Notes under the pieces: generated by a model | Told to the model about the DNA's origin: nothing | The model's input: the letters and a program-made list of their open reading frames with translations, nothing else | The model's database searches: none | Program-made: the position numbers and the translations under genes | NCBI GenBank assembly: GCA_030549845.1 | Contig: JAUQQN010000002.1 | Coordinates: forward strand, 92,475-124,474 | DNA from: Patescibacteria group bacterium | GTDB taxonomy: Bacteria; Patescibacteriota; Minisyncoccia; UBA6257; HR35 | DNA: 32,000 nt | Reading direction: 5' to 3' | Shown here: positions 8,551 to 18,929 of the stretch, one piece after another | How the letters are laid out: every line of letters begins with the position of its first letter | Position numbering within the stretch: the first letter of the stretch is position 1

Positions 8551-9737
8551 TGTTTAGTTTTAATATTCTTAAAAAAGATAAAGAAACAAAAGCAAGGATT
8601 GGAATTTTAAGGACTCCTCATGGAATTATTCATACACCAAATATAGCAATTGTTGCAACAAAAGGAAGTATTAGGGGTTTAAGCTTTGATAAAGCAAATA
8701 GATTTGGAGCGGAAATTTTTATGATAAATACATTCCACTTCTTTCATAATAATAGATATGAGATTGTAAAAAAATTTGGTGGATTACATAAATTTTTAAA
8801 TATAAATTATCCTTTGATGACAGATAGTGGAGGATTTCAAATTTTTAGTTTGGGCTTTGGGATGGAACATGGAGTAGGTAAGGTAGCGGATATATTTCCA
8901 GAAGAGTCAAATATAAAAAATTTACCTATATCAAAGGGCAGGAATTTAGTAAAAGTTTATGAAGAAGGCGTAGAATTTATTTCACCATATAATGGAAGAA
9001 AAATTTTTTTGAGCCCTGAACTTTCTATAAAAATTCAAAAGGCATTAAGAGCAGATATTATTTTTGCATTTGATGAATGTACTTCTCCGCTTTCTAGTTA
9101 TGAGTACACAAAAGAAGCAATGCAAAGAACTCATAGATGGGCAACAAGATGTTTAGATGAATTTGGCAAACCAGAAAATCAAGTTATGTTTGGGATTGTA
9201 CAAGGCGGAGAATATGAAGATTTACGAAAGGAATCCGCAAAATATATTAACTCTTTGAATTTTTTTGGTTATGGAATAGGTGGAAGTCTAGGAAAAAGTA
9301 AAAAAGATATAATAAAGGTCTTAAATTGGACTATTCCTTTATTAGATGAAAACAAACCAAGGCATTTACTAGGAATTGGAGAGGTTGATGATATATTTAA
9401 TTCAATTGAACAAGGAATAGATTTATTTGACTGCGTAATCCCTACACGTTGGGCAAGACATGGTGCTGCTTTTAGTTATAAGGGGAGACTTAATTTAAAA
9501 TCTAGTAAATATTTAAATGATAAAAGACCGATTGATCCTAAGTGTAAATGTAATATTTGCAAGAAATATTCTAAGGCTTACATTTCACATTTATTAAAAG
9601 AAAAAGAGATATTTGGAATAATTTTATTAACCGAGCATAATATATTCTGGATTTTAAACCTATTCAAAGAAATAAGACAGGCAATAAAAGAAAATAAGTT
9701 TTTAGACCTTAAAAAAAGAATATTAAAATACTGGTAA
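8550..9737 (+). CDS. tgt: tRNA-guanine transglycosylase (queuine tRNA-ribosyltransferase)
   Basis: 'TPxxMxVATKGS'-like N-terminus, 'MTDSGGFQIFSL', 'AFDECT', 'FGIVQGG', 'LLGIGEVDD', 'FDCVIPTRWARHG', and the Zn site 'CKCNICKKYSKAYISHL'. Confidence 0.92.
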   Translation: MFSFNILKKDKETKARIGILRTPHGIIHTPNIAIVATKGSIRGLSFDKANRFGAEIFMINTFHFFHNNRYEIVKKFGGLHKFLNINYPLMTDSGGFQIFSLGFGMEHGVGKVADIFPEESNIKNLPISKGRNLVKVYEEGVEFISPYNGRKIFLSPELSIKIQKALRADIIFAFDECTSPLSSYEYTKEAMQRTHRWATRCLDEFGKPENQVMFGIVQGGEYEDLRKESAKYINSLNFFGYGIGGSLGKSKKDIIKVLNWTIPLLDENKPRHLLGIGEVDDIFNSIEQGIDLFDCVIPTRWARHGAAFSYKGRLNLKSSKYLNDKRPIDPKCKCNICKKYSKAYISHLLKEKEIFGIILLTEHNIFWILNLFKEIRQAIKENKFLDLKKRILKYW

Positions 9738-9742
9738 TTAGC

Positions 9743-11374
9743 CTATTTTACACTCATTTTAATAAATTCTACAAAAAGAGGATGGGGGTGCATAAATCTA
9801 GATTTAAATTCCGGATGAAATTGAGTTCCTAAAAAGAATGGGTGGATTTTTTGAGAAAGTTCTATTATTTCCACCAAAAGGCCATTTTTTGAAATTCCTG
9901 AGAAAATTATCCCATTTTTTTGCAAAATTTTATAAAACGTTGGGTTCACCTCATAACGATGTCTGTGTCTTTCAAAAACTTTTTCTTTTTTATATGCTTT
10001 ATAGGCAATTGTTCCTTTTTTAATTTGGCATTCCCAATTACCAAGCCTCATAGTTCCCCCATATAACTTCTCTTTTAATAATTTTTTCTGTTCTTCTAAA
10101 ATATCAATTACAGGATATTTTGTTTTTGGGTTAACTTCTGTTGTATGAGCCCCTTTCAAGCCGCAAACATTTCTTGCAAATTCAACAATCATAAGTTGTA
10201 AACCATAGCATAATCCAAAAATTGGTATTTTATTTTCCCTACAATATTCTATTGCTAAAATTTTTCCTTCTACTCCACGTGAACCAAAACCCCCTGGTAT
10301 AATTACTCCATTAAAATTTTTTAATTCTTCTAATTTATCTTTATTTTTTTCATATTCTTCTGAATTAATCCAATATATCAAAGGTTTAAAACCTAAGCTC
10401 CAGCTTGCATGTTTTACTGCTTCAATTACAGAAATATAAGCATCCGCTAAGACAAAGTTCCCACTTTTAAAATATTTCCCTACTATTCCAATTTTTACTT
10501 CTTTGTTTAGATTTTGTATTTTATTAATTTCTTTATTCCAGATTTTTTTCTCTAAATTGTTTTTCTTTTTAGGTTTTAAATTTAATTTTTTTAAAATTTT
10601 TAAACCAAGTTTTTCTTTTTCAAAGTTAAGAGGTATTTTATAAATTAACTTTTCATCAGGAGCAGAAATTATATCTTCTTTATTCATATTACAATTAAAT
10701 GCTATCTTTTCTCTTCTTGGCTCATCTAAAGGTTTTATTGCCCTTGCTAAAACAAAATCTGGTTGAAGGCCCGCAGAGTTTAGAGTTCTTATAGCATATT
10801 GTGTTGGTTTTGTTTTTAGCTCCATATCTTCTCCTTGATAAGGTAAATAACTTACTAATATTAGGAGCACATCTTTTGGTTTTTGAAGCTTTAAAATTCT
10901 GACTGCTTCTAAAAATAAAAGGTTTTGATATTCTCCAACGGTGCCGCCTATTTCAGTAATTACAATATCAGATTTAGTTAATTTTTGTGCTTGGTTTATT
11001 TTTTCAATAACTTCTAATGGTACATGAGGCACAACTTCTACACATTTACCGTCAAAATATAAACTTCTTTCTTTTTGAATTAGAGACAAATAAACACTTC
11101 CTGTAGTCATATAATTTGCTTTTGTAAGTTCTGTATTTAAAAATCTTTCATAATGACCCATATCTTGATCACACTCTGTTCCATCTTTTAAAACAAAAAC
11201 TTCTCCATGTTCAATAGGGTTCATTGTTCCAGCATCCACATTAACATAAGGATCAATTTTTATACAGGTAGTTCGATAACCATACCAAGATAAAATTTTA
11301 GCAATTGAAGCAGCTGCTACACCTTTCCCTACTCCTGACATTACTCCGCCGCAAACGAAAATATATTTTGCCAT
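9743..11374 (-). CDS. pyrG: CTP synthase
   Basis: 'KYIFVCGGVMSGVGKG', 'DPYVNVDAGTMNP', 'EIGGTVGE', and the glutaminase domain 'GLCYGLQ' ... 'HRHRYEVN' ... 'QFHPEF'. Confidence 0.95.
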   Translation of the reverse strand: MAKYIFVCGGVMSGVGKGVAAASIAKILSWYGYRTTCIKIDPYVNVDAGTMNPIEHGEVFVLKDGTECDQDMGHYERFLNTELTKANYMTTGSVYLSLIQKERSLYFDGKCVEVVPHVPLEVIEKINQAQKLTKSDIVITEIGGTVGEYQNLLFLEAVRILKLQKPKDVLLILVSYLPYQGEDMELKTKPTQYAIRTLNSAGLQPDFVLARAIKPLDEPRREKIAFNCNMNKEDIISAPDEKLIYKIPLNFEKEKLGLKILKKLNLKPKKKNNLEKKIWNKEINKIQNLNKEVKIGIVGKYFKSGNFVLADAYISVIEAVKHASWSLGFKPLIYWINSEEYEKNKDKLEELKNFNGVIIPGGFGSRGVEGKILAIEYCRENKIPIFGLCYGLQLMIVEFARNVCGLKGAHTTEVNPKTKYPVIDILEEQKKLLKEKLYGGTMRLGNWECQIKKGTIAYKAYKKEKVFERHRHRYEVNPTFYKILQKNGIIFSGISKNGLLVEIIELSQKIHPFFLGTQFHPEFKSRFMHPHPLFVEFIKMSVK

Positions 11375-11492
11375 TTTACATAAAAATTTATTTTAATTAT
11401 TTTAAAATTATTAACTTTAAAAATTAAACCTTTAAATTTTACTTTGTTTTACTTTAATTTTTTTTAATTTACTTTAAAAGATAACTTAAATT

Positions 11493-12371
11493 TTAATTGA
11501 AATAATAATCTAATAAATTTTTCCAATTTGACCCTATAATTAATTCATAAAACCATCCCATTGGGATGAAACCAACAAGAAATTTAATAAAATGAGCTAA
11601 AGGTTCTGTATAAATATCAATTAATTTCTCGAAAAAGCTTTTAAAAAGATTATCTAATAAAGCAATAACATCTTGATTTGTTAAAATTAAAAACACTAAA
11701 ATGACAACAAACGCACTATTAACTAAGAAGAGAATAATAATTTTAATTAAAATTCTAGAAACTGCTTGATTTTCTTTTTTATCTAAAGGTCCTATAAACA
11801 AATAAAATAACAGATTAAATAGGTAATAAAAAATACCAGAAATTAAAAAAATTATAGGTATATAACTAAAGGTTATGATAGTTATAAATGCTGCAAATTT
11901 ATAAAGTGGATCTAATATTAATAGAGACTTCTGCCAAAGTTTATTTATCTCATCACTAATATAAGTAAAAATATATATACTTAAGCTAATCGACATAACT
12001 AAGTATGCAGCGAGAAAAATAAAAGAAGCTATAAAGCATTTTAATTTAAGCGTCCATTCAATTTTTTTATATTCACGTCTCAAAATTATTTTACAAGTTT
12101 GGTTGAAGTTCCATCCAAGAAATTTTTCAGGAAATAGTTGGGCCATCATGAAATTAAGGAAGAAAATAAATAAAGATAGAATTATAACTTTATATACTAC
12201 TAAAAAAGGTAAATTATGTATGTGTAAAAGGAAAATTACAAAAACATAAAATGCAAATAAACTTAAAATACCCAAAATTATTGCATATCTCCAAAAAATT
12301 AAAAAACTTAAAATATATTTAAAAAAATTTTTAAACCCTATAAGTATTTCTAAATTTTTATTTTTCATCAT
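11493..12371 (-). CDS. Uncharacterised polytopic membrane protein
   Basis: Long ORF with about 7 hydrophobic helices and no motif I recognise. The ATG at 12371 is preferred over the TTG at 12413. Confidence 0.5.
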   Translation of the reverse strand: MMKNKNLEILIGFKNFFKYILSFLIFWRYAIILGILSLFAFYVFVIFLLHIHNLPFLVVYKVIILSLFIFFLNFMMAQLFPEKFLGWNFNQTCKIILRREYKKIEWTLKLKCFIASFIFLAAYLVMSISLSIYIFTYISDEINKLWQKSLLILDPLYKFAAFITIITFSYIPIIFLISGIFYYLFNLLFYLFIGPLDKKENQAVSRILIKIIILFLVNSAFVVILVFLILTNQDVIALLDNLFKSFFEKLIDIYTEPLAHFIKFLVGFIPMGWFYELIIGSNWKNLLDYYFN

Positions 12372-12622
12372 TAAAATATACTCTTTTTTCAAATAGTATA
12401 TATATTTTAACAAATGAATTAAAAATTGAAGGTTTTTATTATTATTATTATTTTAAATAGAAATTTGTAATTAATTGCCAATTAAGCAACCTGCAATTAT
12501 GAAATTAATTTTTAAAATATATTAATAAAAAGTAGGGTTGCTAAATTATTAATTTTATTTTTAAAATATTTTGTATATTTTCTATAAAGTAAATTTATCA
12601 ACAAAAGTTAAACCTTGAGATT

Positions 12623-15238
12623 TTACTTTATTTTTGTCTTTAAATATTTATAAATCTCACTAATTAAAATAACTATTGCGCTTAATAAAAAAAGGACAAG
12701 AAATTCAAAAAAGGTAATCTCTGCAAAACCAAAGATATTTCTCAAAAATTGGTTAAATATTGCTAAATACTGTAAAATCAAAGAAATTAAAATTCCTAAT
12801 AATATGTAACGGTTTAATTTAAAACTTAATGTAAATATACTTCTATTTAAAGAACGGAGATTTAAAGCATTATAAATTTGAGTAAAACTCATAACTAAAA
12901 ATGCGTAAGTTCGTGCTTTTTCTAAATTTATTAAATATTCATAACTAAATATTGAAACTGTTAAAATCATCATTACGCTTGCCATTATTATTAAAAAGGG
13001 AAGTACATCTAAATTAATTAAGGATTCCTTTGGATTTCTTGGCTTAGTTTTAAGCTCATAACCATGTTCTTTTTCAAAAACTAAAGAAGTGCCTACTAAA
13101 GTGTCTGTTACAAAATTCAAAAACAGAATGTGGGTCGGTTTTAAAATAAATGGATAGCCTAAAATCAAAGAACTTAAAATAGTTAAATCTTCAGCTACAT
13201 TAGTTGTTATTAGGAAAAAAACTATTCTTTTGAGGTTATTAAATATTTTTCTTCCTTCAATAAATCCATAAAGCAAATTTTCAAGATTGTCATCTAATAA
13301 AATAATGTCACTTGCTGATTTTGCTATATCTGAACCACGCTTCCCCATGCAAATACCAACTTCTGCTTTTTTCAAACCTAAAACATCATTTACGCCATCT
13401 CCAATATAAGCAACTGAATATCCTAATTTTTGATAAGCTTCTAAAATCTTTAATTTAGTTTCTGGAGTAACCCTGGCAAAAATATAAGTATTTTTTATTT
13501 TTTCAAGTAACTCTTTTTCTGTTAAATTTCCAATTTCTTGCTGATCTAGTGTGCTTAAGTTTTCAAAACCAACTTCTTTAGCAATATAAATAGCAGTCGC
13601 TTTATGATCACCAGTTAAAATTCGTATATCAACTCCTGCTTCTTTTAATTTTTTGATAGTTTCCTTAACCAATTTTTTAGGTGGATCGTAAAAAGCAATT
13701 AGTCCTACAAAAATTAAATTTTCTTCTTTTTCTCCTTCATTAAAGGCAACAGCTAGTACTGAAAATCCATTTTCTGCATATTTTAGAGCTTGATTAAAGA
13801 TATCTTCTTTATTTTCAAATTCTATAACCCCATCATGAGTCAAAATAAAATCACAATCTTTAATAATTTTTTCAAAGGCTCCTAGATAATAAGACTCAAC
13901 TCTTTCATGCTCGACAATTGCTCTTTTATATTTTTTAACTCTTGAAAATGGTTCTCTTTTTTTAATTTTTTCAACGGCTAAAATATTTTCTCTTTTAATC
14001 TTTGCTTTTTCTAACAAAATAAGCAGAGCAATATCTCTTGGATTTCCTTTAAGCTTAATCTCTTCTCCTTTAATTATTTCACCCTCTATTAAAATTGCTG
14101 AAATATTTAAAAGTTTAATTAAAGGATAATTTTCTAAAATATTTATTTCTTTGCCATTCTTTAAAAATTTACCATCGAAACTCAAAGCTTCGCCAGTAAC
14201 TTCAATCTCTTCATTATTAACAAAAATTTTCCTTACTGTCATTACACCCTCTGTTAAAGTACCAGTCTTATCAGAAAGTAAAAGATTAATAACCGATAGA
14301 TTTTCTGTAGCTTTTAAATTTTTTACCAAAACATTTTTTTTATGTAAATCATATGCACTAATTACTAAAAGAATACTAATAATCACCGGTAAACCCTCAG
14401 GAATTGATGAGACAAAAGATGACAATACGAAAAGTAAAGATTCTGACCATAAATAATTTCTTCGGAAAGAGAAATAAAAAATAAATATTGAAGTCAAAAG
14501 AGCAATCAAAAGCATTCTTAAAATCAAGTCTTTAGAAAGTTTTTCGAAATGAGGGGTAAAGCTTTCAATCTCTTTAAATTTCTTGTAAATTTTTCCTAAA
14601 TAAGTATTTAACGAAGTTGCTATTACAATTCCCCTGCCCTTCCCTTCAACAACATAGCTTCCCATAAAACCAATATTTTTCATTTCTGAAATTTGAACAT
14701 TTTCTGGTAAAACTTTTGTATCTTTTTCAATTGGCAATGATTCGCCTGTTAAAATAGACTCATCAATCCTCAAATTTTCAACTTCAAAAAATCTCAAATC
14801 AGCAGGTAAAATATCTCCTTCTTCAACTAAAATAATATCACCTGGGACAATATTTTCACTCTCAATTTCTTTAATTTCACCATCTCTTAAAACTTTTGCC
14901 CGTGGTTTAAATAGTTGTTTTAATTTTTCTAAGGTTTTTTCTGTTCTCAATTCAAAAACAAAACCAATAAAAGCATTAACTAAAATTATGAAAAGTATAA
15001 CAGCTGAGTCATAATATTTTTGAAGAGATATTGTTAATAATAAAGCAAAAAATAATACTATATTAAAAATATTTTTAAATTGTTTCAAAAATAAAAACGT
15101 AATAGATTTTCTTTCTTCTGGTAATTTATTCTTTCCAAATTTTTTTAGTCTTTTATTTGCTTCTTCTTCGGAAAGGCCGTCTAATGAAGTGTTTAATTGT
15201 TCAATAACTTTTTCTATATTTAAAGTATGGGCATTCAT
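12623..15238 (-). CDS. Cation-transporting P-type ATPase (type II, Ca2+/Mg2+-like)
   Basis: 'TGESLP', the phosphorylation site 'SDKTGTLTEG', 'ILTGDHKATA', 'GDGVNDVLGLKKAEVGICMG', and a cation_ATPase N-terminal region. Confidence 0.93.
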   Translation of the reverse strand: MNAHTLNIEKVIEQLNTSLDGLSEEEANKRLKKFGKNKLPEERKSITFLFLKQFKNIFNIVLFFALLLTISLQKYYDSAVILFIILVNAFIGFVFELRTEKTLEKLKQLFKPRAKVLRDGEIKEIESENIVPGDIILVEEGDILPADLRFFEVENLRIDESILTGESLPIEKDTKVLPENVQISEMKNIGFMGSYVVEGKGRGIVIATSLNTYLGKIYKKFKEIESFTPHFEKLSKDLILRMLLIALLTSIFIFYFSFRRNYLWSESLLFVLSSFVSSIPEGLPVIISILLVISAYDLHKKNVLVKNLKATENLSVINLLLSDKTGTLTEGVMTVRKIFVNNEEIEVTGEALSFDGKFLKNGKEINILENYPLIKLLNISAILIEGEIIKGEEIKLKGNPRDIALLILLEKAKIKRENILAVEKIKKREPFSRVKKYKRAIVEHERVESYYLGAFEKIIKDCDFILTHDGVIEFENKEDIFNQALKYAENGFSVLAVAFNEGEKEENLIFVGLIAFYDPPKKLVKETIKKLKEAGVDIRILTGDHKATAIYIAKEVGFENLSTLDQQEIGNLTEKELLEKIKNTYIFARVTPETKLKILEAYQKLGYSVAYIGDGVNDVLGLKKAEVGICMGKRGSDIAKSASDIILLDDNLENLLYGFIEGRKIFNNLKRIVFFLITTNVAEDLTILSSLILGYPFILKPTHILFLNFVTDTLVGTSLVFEKEHGYELKTKPRNPKESLINLDVLPFLIIMASVMMILTVSIFSYEYLINLEKARTYAFLVMSFTQIYNALNLRSLNRSIFTLSFKLNRYILLGILISLILQYLAIFNQFLRNIFGFAEITFFEFLVLFLLSAIVILISEIYKYLKTKIK

Positions 15239-15263
15239 TTTTCAAATTATAATTTATATAAAA

Positions 15264-15860
15264 ATGAAAATCAATAGAAAAATTCTAAAAAAGATAAAAA
15301 AAGAAATAAGAAAATTCAAAAAATTAACAAAAAAAGAGAATCTATTTAAAGAAATGTCTTTTTGTATTTTAGTAGCAAATAATAACTTAGAAAAAACATA
15401 TAAAATATGGAAAAGCATAAAAGACAATCTTATTTCCTATAATTACAAATCCCTTTCAAGGATATTAAAAAAATCAGGTTATAGATTTTATAATACTAGA
15501 GCAAAATATATCATAGAAAATAAAAATAAAATTAATGATGTTTTGAGGGTTTTAAATTCACAAAATGAAAATTACGTAAGAAACTGGTTGGTAAAGAACA
15601 TCAAAGGGTTTGGATATAAAGAAGCTAGTCATTTTTTAAGAAATATAGGCTATAGAAATTTTGCTATCTTGGATAGACATATTTTAAGGTTTTTATTTGA
15701 TAAAAAAATAATTAAGGAAATTCCGAAAAATTTGACTAAAAAGAAATATGTAGAAATAGAAAATAAATTAAAACAAATAGCAAAAAAGAATAATTTAACC
15801 TTGGCTGAATTAGATATGTATATATTTTACTTACAAACAAATAAAATCCCTATTAAATAA
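15264..15860 (+). CDS. ogg: N-glycosylase/DNA lyase, Ogg2 (archaeal-type 8-oxoguanine glycosylase, HhH-GPD)
   Basis: 'IKGFGYKEASHFLRNIGYRNFAILDRHI' is the HhH-GPD/Ogg2 signature. The Met at 15264 avoids overlap with the ATPase start. Confidence 0.78.
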   Translation: MKINRKILKKIKKEIRKFKKLTKKENLFKEMSFCILVANNNLEKTYKIWKSIKDNLISYNYKSLSRILKKSGYRFYNTRAKYIIENKNKINDVLRVLNSQNENYVRNWLVKNIKGFGYKEASHFLRNIGYRNFAILDRHILRFLFDKKIIKEIPKNLTKKKYVEIENKLKQIAKKNNLTLAELDMYIFYLQTNKIPIK

Positions 15861-15966
15861 AAAAAATTAGGTAACAGCTAAAAACTATCTTTTTAACACG
15901 TTTTTTGGGATTTTCTATGTATAAATTTTTAAAAATAAGGGGAATGATTAAAAAAATTTAAAATAT

Positions 15967-16917
15967 TCACTGTCCAAAGACCATAAAATTAATTCGAACA
16001 TTTTTTAACTCAGATGAACATCTCCAAGAAAAGCTTACCTTAAAATGTGAAGGGTAATTATTTAACCTGCTTCCAAAAACCTCTATGTTATCACATGGAT
16101 TTCTATCAACAAGACCATTCGTAGTAATACCTCCTAAAGCGGTGTATACTCCTTTTATTTTATTTATCACCTGATATTCAGAAGATAAATTATAACCTTC
16201 AACTAAATTTATTCCATCACTGCAACCTAACCGTCCACATATTTTAGCTTCAATAATATCAAATCTAGGTGCAGTTTGTATTTTTACGTCTAAAGCATAA
16301 CCATAATCATAGTATCTGGGAGGTAAATTTTTTAGCAACAGATGCCCTGTTAGTATTTTTGGTATTTTTGATTCTGTATATTCATCTACATACTGTTTAG
16401 TATATTCATCTACATACTGTTTAGTAACTAATTCGTTAGGCTCAGTAGGAGTTGCAGAAGGATTAATTAATACACGTATAGGAGCAATAGAATTCGATTG
16501 AGTTAATGCACCAAAGTAAATTATTCCATCACAAAGCAGCGGATTTTGCCTACAAAGCGTTGGTGAAATTGTTGGCGATAATTCTTTGGGGGGAATTATT
16601 CCTATATATGAAAATTGATTATTTTGAAGTTTACCAGAATAAATCCATGTACCACTTGTTGCGCTTCTTATAGCTGTTTCAACATAATCATTAATTCTAC
16701 TTTTTAATACAAAAGCTGGACCGAAATCGTCATAAGCAAGGTAACCACGTCCTAAATTAAAGAATAAAAATTTAAAACCAACATTTTCTGTTTTAAAGGT
16801 TGTATACTTTTGTTGGGTCTGGCTGCTTAATATAGGGGCATTTAACATAAAAGCAAAAAATATAGATAAACAAATTCCCCAGGCTATTCCTTTGTAAAAG
16901 TATTTATTATTTTTCAT
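15967..16917 (-). CDS. Secreted cysteine-containing protein of unknown function with a duplicated TKQYVDEY octapeptide
   Basis: N-terminal signal-like helix (GIAWGICLSIFFAFML). Paired Cys residues (CRQNPLLC, CGRLGC, plus two more). It is the last gene of the long minus-strand block. Confidence 0.65.
   Translation of the reverse strand: MKNNKYFYKGIAWGICLSIFFAFMLNAPILSSQTQQKYTTFKTENVGFKFLFFNLGRGYLAYDDFGPAFVLKSRINDYVETAIRSATSGTWIYSGKLQNNQFSYIGIIPPKELSPTISPTLCRQNPLLCDGIIYFGALTQSNSIAPIRVLINPSATPTEPNELVTKQYVDEYTKQYVDEYTESKIPKILTGHLLLKNLPPRYYDYGYALDVKIQTAPRFDIIEAKICGRLGCSDGINLVEGYNLSSEYQVINKIKGVYTALGGITTNGLVDRNPCDNIEVFGSRLNNYPSHFKVSFSWRCSSELKNVRINFMVFGQ
16377..16424. repeat. Perfect 2 x 24-bp tandem duplication inside the CDS
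   Basis: 'tatattcatctacatactgtttag' at 16377-16400 is repeated exactly at 16401-16424. It is in frame and gives TKQYVDEY-TKQYVDEY. Confidence 0.95.
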
Positions 16918-16990
16918 TTGCTTTATTATTTTAATTTTAATTATACTATATTATATCTTATATCTAAGTCAAACAAATGCTTTGAATAAA

Positions 16991-18775
16991 TCATACCTTT
17001 ATAACAACTGGAATGATGACAGGTCTTCTTCCTGTTTTTCTAAATAAGAATTCACTTAATTCTTCTTTTAATGAATATTTTATTTGTTCTTCTTGAATTA
17101 TCGGCGCTTCATCTCCTAAGAATTGAGTATTTTTTGCAACTATGTTTTTTATAATACTTCTTGATTCATTAAGTAAATCTTTAGATTCTCTTAAGTAAAC
17201 AAAACCTCTTGAAATTATATCTGGACTTGTTTTTATTTCTCCTGTTTTACTATCTATAGTAACAATAACAACAAAAATACCTTCTTCTGCTAAGGCTTTT
17301 CTATCTCTTAAAACAACATCTCCTACTGAACCTAATCCTAAGCCATCTACATAAACTAAATTGGAAGGTACCTTTTCATTTGTCAACTTTACAGAATTAG
17401 CTTCCATTTTAACTACATCTCCATTAGCTGCTATAATTATTTTTTCTTTAGGGATTCCTAAATCTAAACCAATTTCTTCAACTGCTTTCATCATAAAATA
17501 ATGACCATGCACTGGCATTAAATAATTTGGCTTTGCTAAGTTTATAAATAACCTTATATCATCAGCAAAAGCATGACCTGAAGCATGAATATCCATCATT
17601 TGATAATGATAAATTTTTGCTCCTTGCTTTGTAAGTGTATCTTTGAGGTTTTGTATTATTCTTTCATTCCCTGGGATTATAGATGAAGAAAAAATTACAG
17701 AATCTCCATTAACTATTCTAAAGTATTTATGCTCTCTATTTGCTATTCTCATAAGGGCAGAACCTTCTTCTGCTTGAGAGCCAGTGCATATTATTAAAAC
17801 CTTATGAGGAGGCAATTTAAAGGAATCTTCTGGTCTTATAAATATTCCTTTTTCAAACTTAAGATATCCTAATCTTTTTGCTACTTCTACATTAACCCTC
17901 ATCGTATGGCCATCAATTACTACTTTTCTTCCATACAAACCTGCAAGGTATATTAATTGTTGGATTCTTTCAAGTAATGATGCAAAGGTTGAAGCTATTA
18001 TTCTTCCTTTTGCTTTTTTAAATATTTCTTCTAAATTTTCCATTATTTTCCTTTCTGAAATTATATGCCCAGGTTCTGGTGCGTTTGTAGAATCAACCAT
18101 CAAAAGGTCTACACCTTTATGAGCTAATTTAACTACTCTTGAAAGATCAGCAGGTTTATCAAAAAATGGAGTGAAGTCTATTTTAAAGTCACCTGTATGC
18201 ATAATATTGCCTACTGGAGTTTGTATAAAGTATCCTATAGAATCTGGAATATTATGATTGACATGGAAATAATCAATAATAAAACTTCCTATTTTGAATG
18301 TTTTATAAGTATCCTTTTTAATTTCATGAATTTCGAGTTTTCCTTGATGAGGAAAATCTTGCTGTCTTTTTATTATTATTCCTTTTGTAAGTGGTGTAGC
18401 ATATATAGGAGGATTTCCTATTTTGTCTATGATGTAGGGGATAGCACCAATATGATCATAATGTCCATGAGTTATTAATATTCCTAAAATTTTATCCTTA
18501 TTTTCAATTAAATATTCTAGATTGGGAATAGTATAATCAATACCTAAAGTGTTTTCTATATCGGGATAACCTAAGCCCATATCTAAAATTAAAATTTCTT
18601 CTTTACCCTTGATTGGGAACCAATGAAATATTGTCAAATTTCTTCCGACTTCTTCTAGCCCACTAATAGGTATAATCTTCAATACACCTTCTTTTAAAGT
18701 TTTTTGTTTGTTGAATTTTCTTTGTGGCAATTTAGAAAGATCCTCTAATGTTTCTTGAGTTTTTAACGCATCCAT
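16991..18775 (-). CDS. rnj: Ribonuclease J
   Basis: Metallo-beta-lactamase 'ITHGHYDHIG', the beta-CASP region, 'HASGHA', and a C-terminal domain. Length and order are typical of RNase J. Confidence 0.9.
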   Translation of the reverse strand: MDALKTQETLEDLSKLPQRKFNKQKTLKEGVLKIIPISGLEEVGRNLTIFHWFPIKGKEEILILDMGLGYPDIENTLGIDYTIPNLEYLIENKDKILGILITHGHYDHIGAIPYIIDKIGNPPIYATPLTKGIIIKRQQDFPHQGKLEIHEIKKDTYKTFKIGSFIIDYFHVNHNIPDSIGYFIQTPVGNIMHTGDFKIDFTPFFDKPADLSRVVKLAHKGVDLLMVDSTNAPEPGHIISERKIMENLEEIFKKAKGRIIASTFASLLERIQQLIYLAGLYGRKVVIDGHTMRVNVEVAKRLGYLKFEKGIFIRPEDSFKLPPHKVLIICTGSQAEEGSALMRIANREHKYFRIVNGDSVIFSSSIIPGNERIIQNLKDTLTKQGAKIYHYQMMDIHASGHAFADDIRLFINLAKPNYLMPVHGHYFMMKAVEEIGLDLGIPKEKIIIAANGDVVKMEANSVKLTNEKVPSNLVYVDGLGLGSVGDVVLRDRKALAEEGIFVVIVTIDSKTGEIKTSPDIISRGFVYLRESKDLLNESRSIIKNIVAKNTQFLGDEAPIIQEEQIKYSLKEELSEFLFRKTGRRPVIIPVVIKV

Positions 18776-18838
18776 TTCTCTAAAAGAAAAAATTTAATTT
18801 AAACGACCAGGAAATTTAAAAATTAGAGAATAAATATT

Positions 18839-18922
18839 TGCCGAGGGTGGGATTCGAACCCACACGGCCTAACAGCCACAAGGCTCTGAACCTTGCGCGT
18901 CTTCCAATTCCGCCACCTCGGC
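18839..18922 (-). tRNA. tRNA-Leu (anticodon CAG)
   Basis: Reverse complement GCCGAGGUGGCGGAAUUGGAAGACGCG-CAAGG-UUCAGAG-CCUUG, a long variable arm, then GUGGG-UUCGAAU-CCCAC-CCUCGGC-A. It closely resembles class II tRNA-Leu. CCA is not encoded. Confidence 0.93.
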
Positions 18923-18929
18923 AATTAAA

